NCBI RefSeq assembly: GCF_037042905.1 | Contig: NC_087250.1 | Span: forward strand, 3,908,001 to 3,972,000 | Origin: Lytechinus pictus | Taxonomy: Eukaryota | Direction of reading: 5' to 3' | DNA: 64,000 bases | Shown: piece after piece, positions 1 through 15,000 of the stretch | Position numbering within the stretch: position 1 is the stretch's first letter | How the letters are laid out: each line of letters begins with the position of its first letter | Program-made: the position numbers and the translations under genes | The notes under the pieces: generated by a model | Told to the model about the DNA's origin: nothing | Seen by the model: the letters and a program-made list of their open reading frames with translations, nothing else | Databases searched by the model: none

Positions 1-3000
1 TTCAAGACATAAAAAGGTGATTTCGATTAGCGGCGAATTTATTACCAAACCAAAGTGGAATAGTTGGAATACACGTACATAATATATAGCACGCCATAAC
101 AGCTCGCGCGATATTTTCGGCAATGCACCCCCACCTTTCGGGGCACCGTAGACCCCGTCCTCCTTTTCTGTGCACCAATGTTCACCCCTAGATCGATGGA
201 ATGATTAATGAAGATCAATTTGGTTCATTTTCAAGACATAAAAAGGTGATTTCGATTAGCGGCGAATTTATTACCAAACCAAAGTGGAATTGTTGGAATA
301 CACGTATATAATACATAGCATTTTCGTCCATGCACCCCCTACCTTTCGGGGCATCGTAGACCCCGTCCCCCTTTCCTGTGCACCAATGTTCACCCCTAAA
401 TCGATGGAATGACTAATAAAGATCAATTTCGCTGATTTTCAAGACATAAAAAGGTGATTTCGATTAGCGGCGAATTTATTACCAGCCCCCGGCCACCAAA
501 GTGGAATAGTTGGAATACACGTACATAATATATAGCACGCCATAACAGCTCGCGCGATATTTTCGGCAATGCACCCCCACCTTTCGGGGCACCGTAGACC
601 CCGTCCTCCTTTTCTGTGCACCAATGTTCACCCCTAGATCGATGGAATGATTAATGAAGATCAATTTGGTTCATTTTCAAGACATAAAAAGGTGATTTCG
701 ATTAGCGGCGAATTTATTACCAAACCAAAGTGGAATTGTTGGAATACACGTATATAATACATAGCATTTTCGTCCATGCACCCCCTACCTTTCGGGGCAT
801 CGTAGACCCCGTCCCCCTTTCCTGTGCACCAATGTTCACCCCTAAATCGATGGAATGACTAATAAAGATCAATTTCGCTGATTTTCAAGACATAAAAAGG
901 TGATTTCGATTAGCGGCGAATTTATTACCAGCCCCCGGCCACCAAAGTGGAATAGTTGGAATACACGTACATAATATATAGCACGCCATAACAGCTCGCG
1001 CGATATTTTCGGCAATGCACCCCCACCTTTCGGGGCACCGTAGACCCCGTCCTCCTTTTCTGTGCACCAATGTTCACCCCTAGATCGATGGAATGATTAA
1101 TGAAGATCAATTTGGTTCATTTTCAAGACATAAAAAGGTGATTTCGATTAGCGGCGAATTTATTACCAAACCAAAGTGGAATAGTTGGAATACACGTACA
1201 TAATATATAGCACGCCATAACAGCTCGCGCGATATTTTCGGCAATGCACCCCCACCTTCGGGGCACCGTAGACCCCGTCCTCCTTTTCTGTGCACCAATG
1301 TTCACCCCTAGATCGATGGAATGATTAATGAAGATCAATTTGGTTCATTTTCAAGACATAAAAAGGTGATTTCGATTAGCGGCGAATTTATTACCAAACC
1401 AAAGTGGAATAGTTGGAATACACGTACATAATATATAGCACGCCATAACAGCTCGCGCGATATTTTCGGCAATGCACCCCCACCTTTCGGGGCACCGTAG
1501 ACCCCGTCCTCCTTTTCTGTGCACCAATGTTCACCCCTAGATCGATGGAATGATTAATGAAGATCAATTTGGTTCATTTTCAAGACATAAAAAGGTGATT
1601 TCGATTAGCGGCGAATTTATTACCAAACCAAAGTGGAATTGTTGGAATACACGTATATAATACATAGCATTTTCGTCCATGCACCCCCTACCTTTCGGGG
1701 CATCGTAGACCCCGTCCCCCTTTCCTGTGCACCAATGTTCACCCCTAAATCGATGGAATGACTAATAAAGATCAATTTCGCTGATTTTCAAGACATAAAA
1801 AGGTGATTTCGATTAGCGGCGAATTTATTACCAGCCCCCGGCCACCAAAGTGGAATAGTTGGAATACACGTACATAATATATAGCACGCCATAACAGCTC
1901 GCGCGATATTTTCGGCAATGCACCCCCACCTTTCGGGGCACCGTAGACCCCGTCCTCCTTTTCTGTGCACCAATGTTCACCCCTAGATCGATGGAATGAT
2001 TAATGAAGATCAATTTGGTTCATTTTCAAGACATAAAAAGGTGATTTCGATTAGCGGCGAATTTATTACCAAACCAAAGTGGAATTGTTGGAATACACGT
2101 ATATAATACATAGCATTTTCGTCCATGCACCCCCTACCTTTCGGGGCATCGTAGACCCCGTCCCCCTTTCCTGTGCACCAATGTTCACCCCTAAATCGAT
2201 GGAATGACTAATAAAGATCAATTTCGCTGATTTTCAAGACATAAAAAGGTGATTTCGATTAGCGGCGAATTTATTACCAGCCCCCGGCCACCAAAGTGGA
2301 ATAGTTGGAATACACGTACATAATATATAGCACGCCATAACAGCTCGCGCGATATTTTCGGCAATGCACCCCCACCTTTCGGGGCACCGTAGACCCCGTC
2401 CTCCTTTTCTGTGCACCAATGTTCACCCCTAGATCGATGGAATGATTAATGAAGATCAATTTGGTTCATTTTCAAGACATAAAAAGGTGATTTCGATTAG
2501 CGGCGAATTTATTACCAAACCAAAGTGGAATAGTTGGAATACACGTACATAATATATAGCACGCCATAACAGCTCGCGCGATATTTTCGGCAATGCACCC
2601 CCACCTTTCGGGGCACCGTAGACCCCGTCCTCCTTTTCTGTGCACCAATGTTCACCCCTAGATCGATGGAATGATTAATGAAGATCAATTTGGTTCATTT
2701 TCAAGACATAAAAAGGTGATTTCGATTAGCGGCGAATTTATTACCAAACCAAAGTGGAATAGTTGGAATACACGTACATAATATATAGCACGCCATAACA
2801 GCTCGCGCGATATTTTCGGCAATGCACCCCCACCTTTCGGGGCACCGTAGACCCCGTCCTCCTTTTCTGTGCACCAATGTTCACCCCTAGATCGATGGAA
2901 TGATTAATGAAGATCAATTTGGTTCATTTTCAAGACATAAAAAGGTGATTTCGATTAGCGGCGAATTTATTACCAAACCAAAGTGGAATTGTTGGAATAC

Positions 3001-6000
3001 ACGTATATAATACATAGCATTTTCGTCCATGCACCCCCTACCTTTCGGGGCATCGTAGACCCCGTCCCCCTTTCCTGTGCACCAATGTTCACCCCTAAAT
3101 CGATGGAATGACTAATAAAGATCAATTTCGCTGATTTTCAAGACATAAAAAGGTGATTTCGATTAGCGGCGAATTTATTACCAGCCCCCGGCCACCAAAG
3201 TGGAATAGTTGGAATACACGTACATAATATATAGCACGCCATAACAGCTCGCGCGATATTTTCGGCAATGCACCCCCACCTTTCGGGGCACCGTAGACCC
3301 CGTCCTCCTTTTCTGTGCACCAATGTTCACCCCTAGATCGATGGAATGATTAATGAAGATCAATTTGGTTCATTTTCAAGACATAAAAAGGTGATTTCGA
3401 TTAGCGGCGAATTTATTACCAAACCAAAGTGGAATTGTTGGAATACACGTATATAATACATAGCATTTTCGTCCATGCACCCCCTACCTTTCGGGGCATC
3501 GTAGACCCCGTCCCCCTTTCCTGTGCACCAATGTTCACCCCTAAATCGATGGAATGACTAATAAAGATCAATTTCGCTGATTTTCAAGACATAAAAAGGT
3601 GATTTCGATTAGCGGCGAATTTATTACCAGCCCCCGGCCACCAAAGTGGAATAGTTGGAATACACGTACATAATATATAGCACGCCATAACAGCTCGCGC
3701 GATATTTTCGGCAATGCACCCCCACCTTTCGGGGCACCGTAGACCCCGTCCTCCTTTTCTGTGCACCAATGTTCACCCCTAGATCGATGGAATGATTAAT
3801 GAAGATCAATTTGGTTCATTTTCAAGACATAAAAAGGTGATTTCGATTAGCGGCGAATTTATTACCAAACCAAAGTGGAATAGTTGGAATACACGTACAT
3901 AATATATAGCACGCCATAACAGCTCGCGCGATATTTTCGGCAATGCACCCCCACCTTTCGGGGCACCGTAGACCCCGTCCTCCTTTTCTGTGCACCAATG
4001 TTCACCCCTAGATCGATGGAATGATTAATGAAGATCAATTTGGTTCATTTTCAAGACATAAAAAGGTGATTTCGATTAGCGGCGAATTTATTACCAAACC
4101 AAAGTGGAATAGTTGGAATACACGTACATAATATATAGCACGCCATAACAGCTCGCGCGATATTTTCGGCAATGCACCCCCACCTTTCGGGGCACCGTAG
4201 ACCCCGTCCTCCTTTTCTGTGCACCAATGTTCACCCCTAGATCGATGGAATGATTAATGAAGATCAATTTGGTTCATTTTCAAGACATAAAAAGGTGATT
4301 TCGATTAGCGGCGAATTTATTACCAAACCAAAGTGGAATTGTTGGAATACACGTATATAATACATAGCATTTTCGTCCATGCACCCCCTACCTTTCGGGG
4401 CATCGTAGACCCCGTCCCCCTTTCCTGTGCACCAATGTTCACCCCTAAATCGATGGAATGACTAATAAAGATCAATTTCGCTGATTTTCAAGACATAAAA
4501 AGGTGATTTCGATTAGCGGCGAATTTATTACCAGCCCCCGGCCACCAAAGTGGAATAGTTGGAATACACGTACATAATATATAGCACGCCATAACAGCTC
4601 GCGCGATATTTTCGGCAATGCACCCCCACCTTTCGGGGCACCGTAGACCCCGTCCTCCTTTTCTGTGCACCAATGTTCACCCCTAGATCGATGGAATGAT
4701 TAATGAAGATCAATTTGGTTCATTTTCAAGACATAAAAAGGTGATTTCGATTAGCGGCGAATTTATTACCAAACCAAAGTGGAATTGTTGGAATACACGT
4801 ATATAATACATAGCATTTTCGTCCATGCACCCCCTACCTTTCGGGGCATCGTAGACCCCGTCCCCCTTTCCTGTGCACCAATGTTCACCCCTAAATCGAT
4901 GGAATGACTAATAAAGATCAATTTCGCTGATTTTCAAGACATAAAAAGGTGATTTCGATTAGCGGCGAATTTATTACCAGCCCCCGGCCACCAAAGTGGA
5001 ATAGTTGGAATACACGTACATAATATATAGCACGCCATAACAGCTCGCGCGATATTTTCGGCAATGCACCCCCACCTTTCGGGGCACCGTAGACCCCGTC
5101 CTCCTTTTCTGTGCACCAATGTTCACCCCTAGATCGATGGAATGATTAATGAAGATCAATTTGGTTCATTTTCAAGACATAAAAAGGTGATTTCGATTAG
5201 CGGCGAATTTATTACCAAACCAAAGTGGAATAGTTGGAATACACGTACATAATATATAGCACGCCATAACAGCTCGCGCGATATTTTCGGCAATGCACCC
5301 CCACCTTTCGGGGCACCGTAGACCCCGTCCTCCTTTTCTGTGCACCAATGTTCACCCCTAGATCGATGGAATGATTAATGAAGATCAATTTGGTTCATTT
5401 TCAAGACATAAAAAGGTGATTTCGATTAGCGGCGAATTTATTACCAAACCAAAGTGGAATAGTTGGAATACACGTACATAATATATAGCACGCCATAACA
5501 GCTCGCGCGATATTTTCGGCAATGCACCCCCACCTTTCGGGGCACCGTAGACCCCGTCCTCCTTTTCTGTGCACCAATGTTCACCCCTAGATCGATGGAA
5601 TGATTAATGAAGATCAATTTGGTTCATTTTCAAGACATAAAAAGGTGATTTCGATTAGCGGCGAATTTATTACCAAACCAAAGTGGAATTGTTGGAATAC
5701 ACGTATATAATACATAGCATTTTCGTCCATGCACCCCCTACCTTTCGGGGCATCGTAGACCCCGTCCCCCTTTCCTGTGCACCAATGTTCACCCCTAAAT
5801 CGATGGAATGACTAATAAAGATCAATTTCGCTGATTTTCAAGACATAAAAAGGTGATTTCGATTAGCGGCGAATTTATTACCAGCCCCCGGCCACCAAAG
5901 TGGAATAGTTGGAATACACGTACATAATATATAGCACGCCATAACAGCTCGCGCGATATTTTCGGCAATGCACCCCCACCTTTCGGGGCACCGTAGACCC

Positions 6001-9000
6001 CGTCCTCCTTTTCTGTGCACCAATGTTCACCCCTAGATCGATGGAATGATTAATGAAGATCAATTTGGTTCATTTTCAAGACATAAAAAGGTGATTTCGA
6101 TTAGCGGCGAATTTATTACCAAACCAAAGTGGAATTGTTGGAATACACGTATATAATACATAGCATTTTCGTCCATGCACCCCCTACCTTTCGGGGCATC
6201 GTAGACCCCGTCCCCCTTTCCTGTGCACCAATGTTCACCCCTAAATCGATGGAATGACTAATAAAGATCAATTTCGCTGATTTTCAAGACATAAAAAGGT
6301 GATTTCGATTAGCGGCGAATTTATTACCAGCCCCCGGCCACCAAAGTGGAATAGTTGGAATACACGTACATAATATATAGCACGCCATAACAGCTCGCGC
6401 GATATTTTCGGCAATGCACCCCCACCTTTCGGGGCACCGTAGACCCCGTCCTCCTTTTCTGTGCACCAATGTTCACCCCTAGATCGATGGAATGATTAAT
6501 GAAGATCAATTTGGTTCATTTTCAAGACATAAAAAGGTGATTTCGATTAGCGGCGAATTTATTACCAAACCAAAGTGGAATAGTTGGAATACACGTACAT
6601 AATATATAGCACGCCATAACAGCTCGCGCGATATTTTCGGCAATGCACCCCCACCTTTCGGGGCACCGTAGACCCCGTCCTCCTTTTCTGTGCACCAATG
6701 TTCACCCCTAGATCGATGGAATGATTAATGAAGATCAATTTGGTTCATTTTCAAGACATAAAAAGGTGATTTCGATTAGCGGCGAATTTATTACCAGCCC
6801 CCGGCCACCAAAGTGGAATAGTTGGAATACACGTACATAATATATAGCACGCCATAACAGCTCGCGCGATATTTTCGGCAATGCACCCCCACCTTTCGGG
6901 GCACCGTAGACCCCGTCCTCCTTTTCTGTGCACCAATGTTCACCCCTAGATCGATGGAATGATTAATGAAGATCAATTTGGTTCATTTTCAAGACATAAA
7001 AAGGTGATTTCGATTAGCGGCGAATTTATTACCAAACCAAAGTGGAATTGTTGGAATACACGTATATAATACATAGCATTTTCGTCCATGCACCCCCTAC
7101 CTTTCGGGGCATCGTAGACCCCGTCCCCCTTTCCTGTGCACCAATGTTCACCCCTAAATCGATGGAATGACTAATAAAGATCAATTTCGCTGATTTTCAA
7201 GACATAAAAAGGTGATTTCGATTAGCGGCGAATTTATTACCAGCCCCCGGCCACCAAAGTGGAATAGTTGGAATACACGTACATAATATATAGCACGCCA
7301 TAACAGCTCGCGCGATATTTTCGGCAATGCACCCCCACCTTTCGGGGCACCGTAGACCCCGTCCTCCTTTTCTGTGCACCAATGTTCACCCCTAGATCGA
7401 TGGAATGATTAATGAAGATCAATTTGGTTCATTTTCAAGACATAAAAAGGTGATTTCGATTAGCGGCGAATTTATTACCAGCCCCCGGCCACCAAAGTGG
7501 AATTGTTGGAATACACGTATATAATACATAGCATTTTCGTCCATGCACCCCCTACCTTTCGGGGCATCGTAGACCCCGTCCCCCTTTCCTGTGCACCAAT
7601 GTTCACCCCTAAATCGATGGAATGACTAATAAAGATCAATTTCGCTGATTTTCAAGACATAAAAAGGTGATTTCGATTAGCGGCGAATTTATTACCAGCC
7701 CCCGGCCACCAAAGTGGAATAGTTGGAATACACGTACATAATATATAGCACGCCATAACAGCTCGCGCGATATTTTCGGCAATGCACCCCCACCTTTCGG
7801 GGCACCGTAGACCCCGTCCTCCTTTTCTGTGCACCAATGTTCACCCCTAGATCGATGGAATGATTAATGAAGATCAATTTGGTTCATTTTCAAGACATAA
7901 AAAGGTGATTTCGATTAGCGGCGAATTTATTACCAAACCAAAGTGGAATAGTTGGAATACACGTACATAATATATAGCACGCCATAACAGCTCGCGCGAT
8001 ATTTTCGGCAATGCACCCCCACCTTTCGGGGCACCGTAGACCCCGTCCTCCTTTTCTGTGCACCAATGTTCACCCCTAGATCGATGGAATGATTAATGAA
8101 GATCAATTTGGTTCATTTTCAAGACATAAAAAGGTGATTTCGATTAGCGGCGAATTTATTACCAAACCAAAGTGGAATAGTTGGAATACACGTACATAAT
8201 ATATAGCACGCCATAACAGCTCGCGCGATATTTTCGGCAATGCACCCCCACCTTTCGGGGCACCGTAGACCCCGTCCTCCTTTTCTGTGCACCAATGTTC
8301 ACCCCTAGATCGATGGAATGATTAATGAAGATCAATTTGGTTCATTTTCAAGACATAAAAAGGTGATTTCGATTAGCGGCGAATTTATTACCAAACCAAA
8401 GTGGAATTGTTGGAATACACGTATATAATACATAGCATTTTCGTCCATGCACCCCCTACCTTTCGGGGCATCGTAGACCCCGTCCCCCTTTCCTGTGCAC
8501 CAATGTTCACCCCTAAATCGATGGAATGACTAATAAAGATCAATTTCGCTGATTTTCAAGACATAAAAAGGTGATTTCGATTAGCGGCGAATTTATTACC
8601 AGCCCCCGGCCACCAAAGTGGAATAGTTGGAATACACGTACATAATATATAGCACGCCATAACAGCTCGCGCGATATTTTCGGCAATGCACCCCCACCTT
8701 TCGGGGCACCGTAGACCCCGTCCTCCTTTTCTGTGCACCAATGTTCACCCCTAGATCGATGGAATGATTAATGAAGATCAATTTGGTTCATTTTCAAGAC
8801 ATAAAAAGGTGATTTCGATTAGCGGCGAATTTATTACCAAACCAAAGTGGAATTGTTGGAATACACGTATATAATACATAGCATTTTCGTCCATGCACCC
8901 CCTACCTTTCGGGGCATCGTAGACCCCGTCCCCCTTTCCTGTGCACCAATGTTCACCCCTAAATCGATGGAATGACTAATAAAGATCAATTTCGCTGATT

Positions 9001-12000
9001 TTCAAGACATAAAAAGGTGATTTCGATTAGCGGCGAATTTATTACCAGCCCCCGGCCACCAAAGTGGAATAGTTGGAATACACGTACATAATATATAGCA
9101 CGCCATAACAGCTCGCGCGATATTTTCGGCAATGCACCCCCACCTTTCGGGGCACCGTAGACCCCGTCCTCCTTTTCTGTGCACCAATGTTCACCCCTAG
9201 ATCGATGGAATGATTAATGAAGATCAATTTGGTTCATTTTCAAGACATAAAAAGGTGATTTCGATTAGCGGCGAATTTATTACCAAACCAAAGTGGAATA
9301 GTTGGAATACACGTACATAATATATAGCACGCCATAACAGCTCGCGCGATATTTTCGGCAATGCACCCCCACCTTTCGGGGCACCGTAGACCCCGTCCTC
9401 CTTTTCTGTGCACCAATGTTCACCCCTAGATCGATGGAATGATTAATGAAGATCAATTTGGTTCATTTTCAAGACATAAAAAGGTGATTTCGATTAGCGG
9501 CGAATTTATTACCAAACCAAAGTGGAATAGTTGGAATACACGTACATAATATATAGCACGCCATAACAGCTCGCGCGATATTTTCGGCAATGCACCCCCA
9601 CCTTTCGGGGCACCGTAGACCCCGTCCTCCTTTTCTGTGCACCAATGTTCACCCCTAGATCGATGGAATGATTAATGAAGATCAATTTGGTTCATTTTCA
9701 AGACATAAAAAGGTGATTTCGATTAGCGGCGAATTTATTACCAAACCAAAGTGGAATTGTTGGAATACACGTATATAATACATAGCATTTTCGTCCATGC
9801 ACCCCCTACCTTTCGGGGCATCGTAGACCCCGTCCCCCTTTCCTGTGCACCAATGTTCACCCCTAAATCGATGGAATGACTAATAAAGATCAATTTCGCT
9901 GATTTTCAAGACATAAAAAGGTGATTTCGATTAGCGGCGAATTTATTACCAGCCCCCGGCCACCAAAGTGGAATAGTTGGAATACACGTACATAATATAT
10001 AGCACGCCATAACAGCTCGCGCGATATTTTCGGCAATGCACCCCCACCTTTCGGGGCACCGTAGACCCCGTCCTCCTTTTCTGTGCACCAATGTTCACCC
10101 CTAGATCGATGGAATGATTAATGAAGATCAATTTGGTTCATTTTCAAGACATAAAAAGGTGATTTCGATTAGCGGCGAATTTATTACCAAACCAAAGTGG
10201 AATTGTTGGAATACACGTATATAATACATAGCATTTTCGTCCATGCACCCCCTACCTTTCGGGGCATCGTAGACCCCGTCCCCCTTTCCTGTGCACCAAT
10301 GTTCACCCCTAAATCGATGGAATGACTAATAAAGATCAATTTCGCTGATTTTCAAGACATAAAAAGGTGATTTCGATTAGCGGCGAATTTATTACCAGCC
10401 CCCGGCCACCAAAGTGGAATAGTTGGAATACACGTACATAATATATAGCACGCCATAACAGCTCGCGCGATATTTTCGGCAATGCACCCCCACCTTTCGG
10501 GGCACCGTAGACCCCGTCCTCCTTTTCTGTGCACCAATGTTCACCCCTAGATCGATGGAATGATTAATGAAGATCAATTTGGTTCATTTTCAAGACATAA
10601 AAAGGTGATTTCGATTAGCGGCGAATTTATTACCAAACCAAAGTGGAATAGTTGGAATACACGTACATAATATATAGCACGCCATAACAGCTCGCGCGAT
10701 ATTTTCGGCAATGCACCCCCACCTTTCGGGGCACCGTAGACCCCGTCCTCCTTTTCTGTGCACCAATGTTCACCCCTAGATCGATGGAATGATTAATGAA
10801 GATCAATTTGGTTCATTTTCAAGACATAAAAAGGTGATTTCGATTAGCGGCGAATTTATTACCAAACCAAAGTGGAATAGTTGGAATACACGTACATAAT
10901 ATATAGCACGCCATAACAGCTCGCGCGATATTTTCGGCAATGCACCCCCACCTTTCGGGGCACCGTAGACCCCGTCCTCCTTTTCTGTGCACCAATGTTC
11001 ACCCCTAGATCGATGGAATGATTAATGAAGATCAATTTGGTTCATTTTCAAGACATAAAAAGGTGATTTCGATTAGCGGCGAATTTATTACCAAACCAAA
11101 GTGGAATAGTTGGAATACACGTACATAATATATAGCACGCCATAACAGCTCGCGCGATATTTTCGGCAATGCACCCCCACCTTTCGGGGCACCGTAGACC
11201 CCGTCCTCCTTTTCTGTGCACCAATGTTCACCCCTAGATCGATGGAATGATTAATGAAGATCAATTTGGTTCATTTTCAAGACATAAAAAGGTGATTTCG
11301 ATTAGCGGCGAATTTATTACCAAACCAAAGTGGAATAGTTGGAATACACGTACATAATATATAGCACGCCATAACAGCTCGCGCGATATTTTCGGCAATG
11401 CACCCCCACCTTTCGGGGCACCGTAGACCCCGTCCTCCTTTTCTGTGCACCAATGTTCACCCCTAGATCGATGGAATGATTAATGAAGATCAATTTGGTT
11501 CATTTTCAAGACATAAAAAGGTGATTTCGATTAGCGGCGAATTTATTACCAAACCAAAGTGGAATTGTTGGAATACACGTATATAATACATAGCATTTTC
11601 GTCCATGCACCCCCTACCTTTCGGGGCATCGTAGACCCCGTCCCCCTTTCCTGTGCACCAATGTTCACCCCTAAATCGATGGAATGACTAATAAAGATCA
11701 ATTTCGCTGATTTTCAAGACATAAAAAGGTGATTTCGATTAGCGGCGAATTTATTACCAGCCCCCGGCCACCAAAGTGGAATAGTTGGAATACACGTACA
11801 TAATATATAGCACGCCATAACAGCTCGCGCGATATTTTCGGCAATGCACCCCCACCTTTCGGGGCACCGTAGACCCCGTCCTCCTTTTCTGTGCACCAAT
11901 GTTCACCCCTAGATCGATGGAATGATTAATGAAGATCAATTTGGTTCATTTTCAAGACATAAAAAGGTGATTTCGATTAGCGGCGAATTTATTACCAAAC

Positions 12001-15000
12001 CAAAGTGGAATTGTTGGAATACACGTATATAATACATAGCATTTTCGTCCATGCACCCCCTACCTTTCGGGGCATCGTAGACCCCGTCCCCCTTTCCTGT
12101 GCACCAATGTTCACCCCTAAATCGATGGAATGACTAATAAAGATCAATTTCGCTGATTTTCAAGACATAAAAAGGTGATTTCGATTAGCGGCGAATTTAT
12201 TACCAGCCCCCGGCCACCAAAGTGGAATAGTTGGAATACACGTACATAATATATAGCACGCCATAACAGCTCGCGCGATATTTTCGGCAATGCACCCCCA
12301 CCTTTCGGGGCACCGTAGACCCCGTCCTCCTTTTCTGTGCACCAATGTTCACCCCTAGATCGATGGAATGATTATATAAGATCAATTTGGTTCATTTTCA
12401 AGACATAAAAAGGTGATTTCGATTAGCGGCGAATTTATTACCAAACCAAAGTGGAATAGTTGGAATACACGTACATAATATATAGCACGCCATAACAGCT
12501 CGCGCGATATTTTCGGCAATGCACCCCCACCTTTCGGGGCACCGTAGACCCCGTCCTCCTTTTCTGTGCACCAATGTTCACCCCTAGATCGATGGAATGA
12601 TTAATGAAGATCAATTTGGTTCATTTTCAAGACATAAAAAGGTGATTTCGATTAGCGGCGAATTTATTACCAAACCAAAGTGGAATAGTTGGAATACACG
12701 TACATAATATATAGCACGCCATAACAGCTCGCGCGATATTTTCGGCAATGCACCCCCACCTTTCGGGGCACCGTAGACCCCGTCCTCCTTTTCTGTGCAC
12801 CAATGTTCACCCCTAGATCGATGGAATGATTAATGAAGATCAATTTGGTTCATTTTCAAGACATAAAAAGGTGATTTCGATTAGCGGCGAATTTATTACC
12901 AAACCAAAGTGGAATTGTTGGAATACACGTATATAATACATAGCATTTTCGTCCATGCACCCCCTACCTTTCGGGGCATCGTAGACCCCGTCCCCCTTTC
13001 CTGTGCACCAATGTTCACCCCTAAATCGATGGAATGACTAATAAAGATCAATTTCGCTGATTTTCAAGACATAAAAAGGTGATTTCGATTAGCGGCGAAT
13101 TTATTACCAGCCCCCGGCCACCAAAGTGGAATAGTTGGAATACACGTACATAATATATAGCACGCCATAACAGCTCGCGCGATATTTTCGGCAATGCACC
13201 CCCACCTTTCGGGGCACCGTAGACCCCGTCCTCCTTTTCTGTGCACCAATGTTCACCCCTAGATCGATGGAATGATTAATGAAGATCAATTTGGTTCATT
13301 TTCAAGACATAAAAAGGTGATTTCGATTAGCGGCGAATTTATTACCAAACCAAAGTGGAATAGTTGGAATACACGTACATAATATATAGCACGCCATAAC
13401 AGCTCGCGCGATATTTTCGGCAATGCACCCCCACCTTTCGGGGCACCGTAGACCCCGTCCTCCTTTTCTGTGCACCAATGTTCACCCCTAGATCGATGGA
13501 ATGATTAATGAAGATCAATTTGGTTCATTTTCAAGACATAAAAAGGTGATTTCGATTAGCGGCGAATTTATTACCAAACCAAAGTGGAATAGTTGGAATA
13601 CACGTACATAATATATAGCACGCCATAACAGCTCGCGCGATATTTTCGGCAATGCACCCCCACCTTTCGGGGCACCGTAGACCCCGTCCTCCTTTTCTGT
13701 GCACCAATGTTCACCCCTAGATCGATGGAATGATTAATGAAGATCAATTTGGTTCATTTTCAAGACATAAAAAGGTGATTTCGATTAGCGGCGAATTTAT
13801 TACCAAACCAAAGTGGAATAGTTGGAATACACGTACATAATATATAGCACGCCATAACAGCTCGCGCGATATTTTCGGCAATGCACCCCCACCTTTCGGG
13901 GCACCGTAGACCCCGTCCTCCTTTTCTGTGCACCAATGTTCACCCCTAGATCGATGGAATGATTAATGAAGATCAATTTGGTTCATTTTCAAGACATAAA
14001 AAGGTGATTTCGATTAGCGGCGAATTTATTACCAAACCAAAGTGGAATAGTTGGAATACACGTACATAATATATAGCACGCCATAACAGCTCGCGCGATA
14101 TTTTCGGCAATGCACCCCCACCTTTCGGGGCACCGTAGACCCCGTCCTCCTTTTCTGTGCACCAATGTTCACCCCTAGATCGATGGAATGATTAATGAAG
14201 ATCAATTTGGTTCATTTTCAAGACATAAAAAGGTGATTTCGATTAGCGGCGAATTTATTACCAAACCAAAGTGGAATAGTTGGAATACACGTACATAATA
14301 TATAGCACGCCATAACAGCTCGCGCGATATTTTCGGCAATGCACCCCCACCTTTCGGGGCACCGTAGACCCCGTCCTCCTTTTCTGTGCACCAATGTTCA
14401 CCCCTAGATCGATGGAATGATTAATGAAGATCAATTTGGTTCATTTTCAAGACATAAAAAGGTGATTTCGATTAGCGGCGAATTTATTACCAAACCAAAG
14501 TGGAATTGTTGGAATACACGTATATAATACATAGCATTTTCGTCCATGCACCCCCTACCTTTCGGGGCATCGTAGACCCCGTCCCCCTTTCCTGTGCACC
14601 AATGTTCACCCCTAAATCGATGGAATGACTAATAAAGATCAATTTCGCTGATTTTCAAGACATAAAAAGGTGATTTCGATTAGCGGCGAATTTATTACCA
14701 GCCCCCGGCCACCAAAGTGGAATAGTTGGAATACACGTACATAATATATAGCACGCCATAACAGCTCGCGCGATATTTTCGGCAATGCACCCCCACCTTT
14801 CGGGGCACCGTAGACCCCGTCCTCCTTTTCTGTGCACCAATGTTCACCCCTAGATCGATGGAATGATTAATGAAGATCAATTTGGTTCATTTTCAAGACA
14901 TAAAAAGGTGATTTCGATTAGCGGCGAATTTATTACCAAACCAAAGTGGAATAGTTGGAATACACGTACATAATATATAGCACGCCATAACAGCTCGCGC

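Noticed and set aside
439..14880. Dozens of identical 61-aa minus-strand ORFs (MVHRKGG..., MIFINHS...)
   Set aside because: They are translations of satellite monomer C with non-ATG (TTG) starts in two overlapping frames and no recognisable domain; the frames close in monomers A and B.
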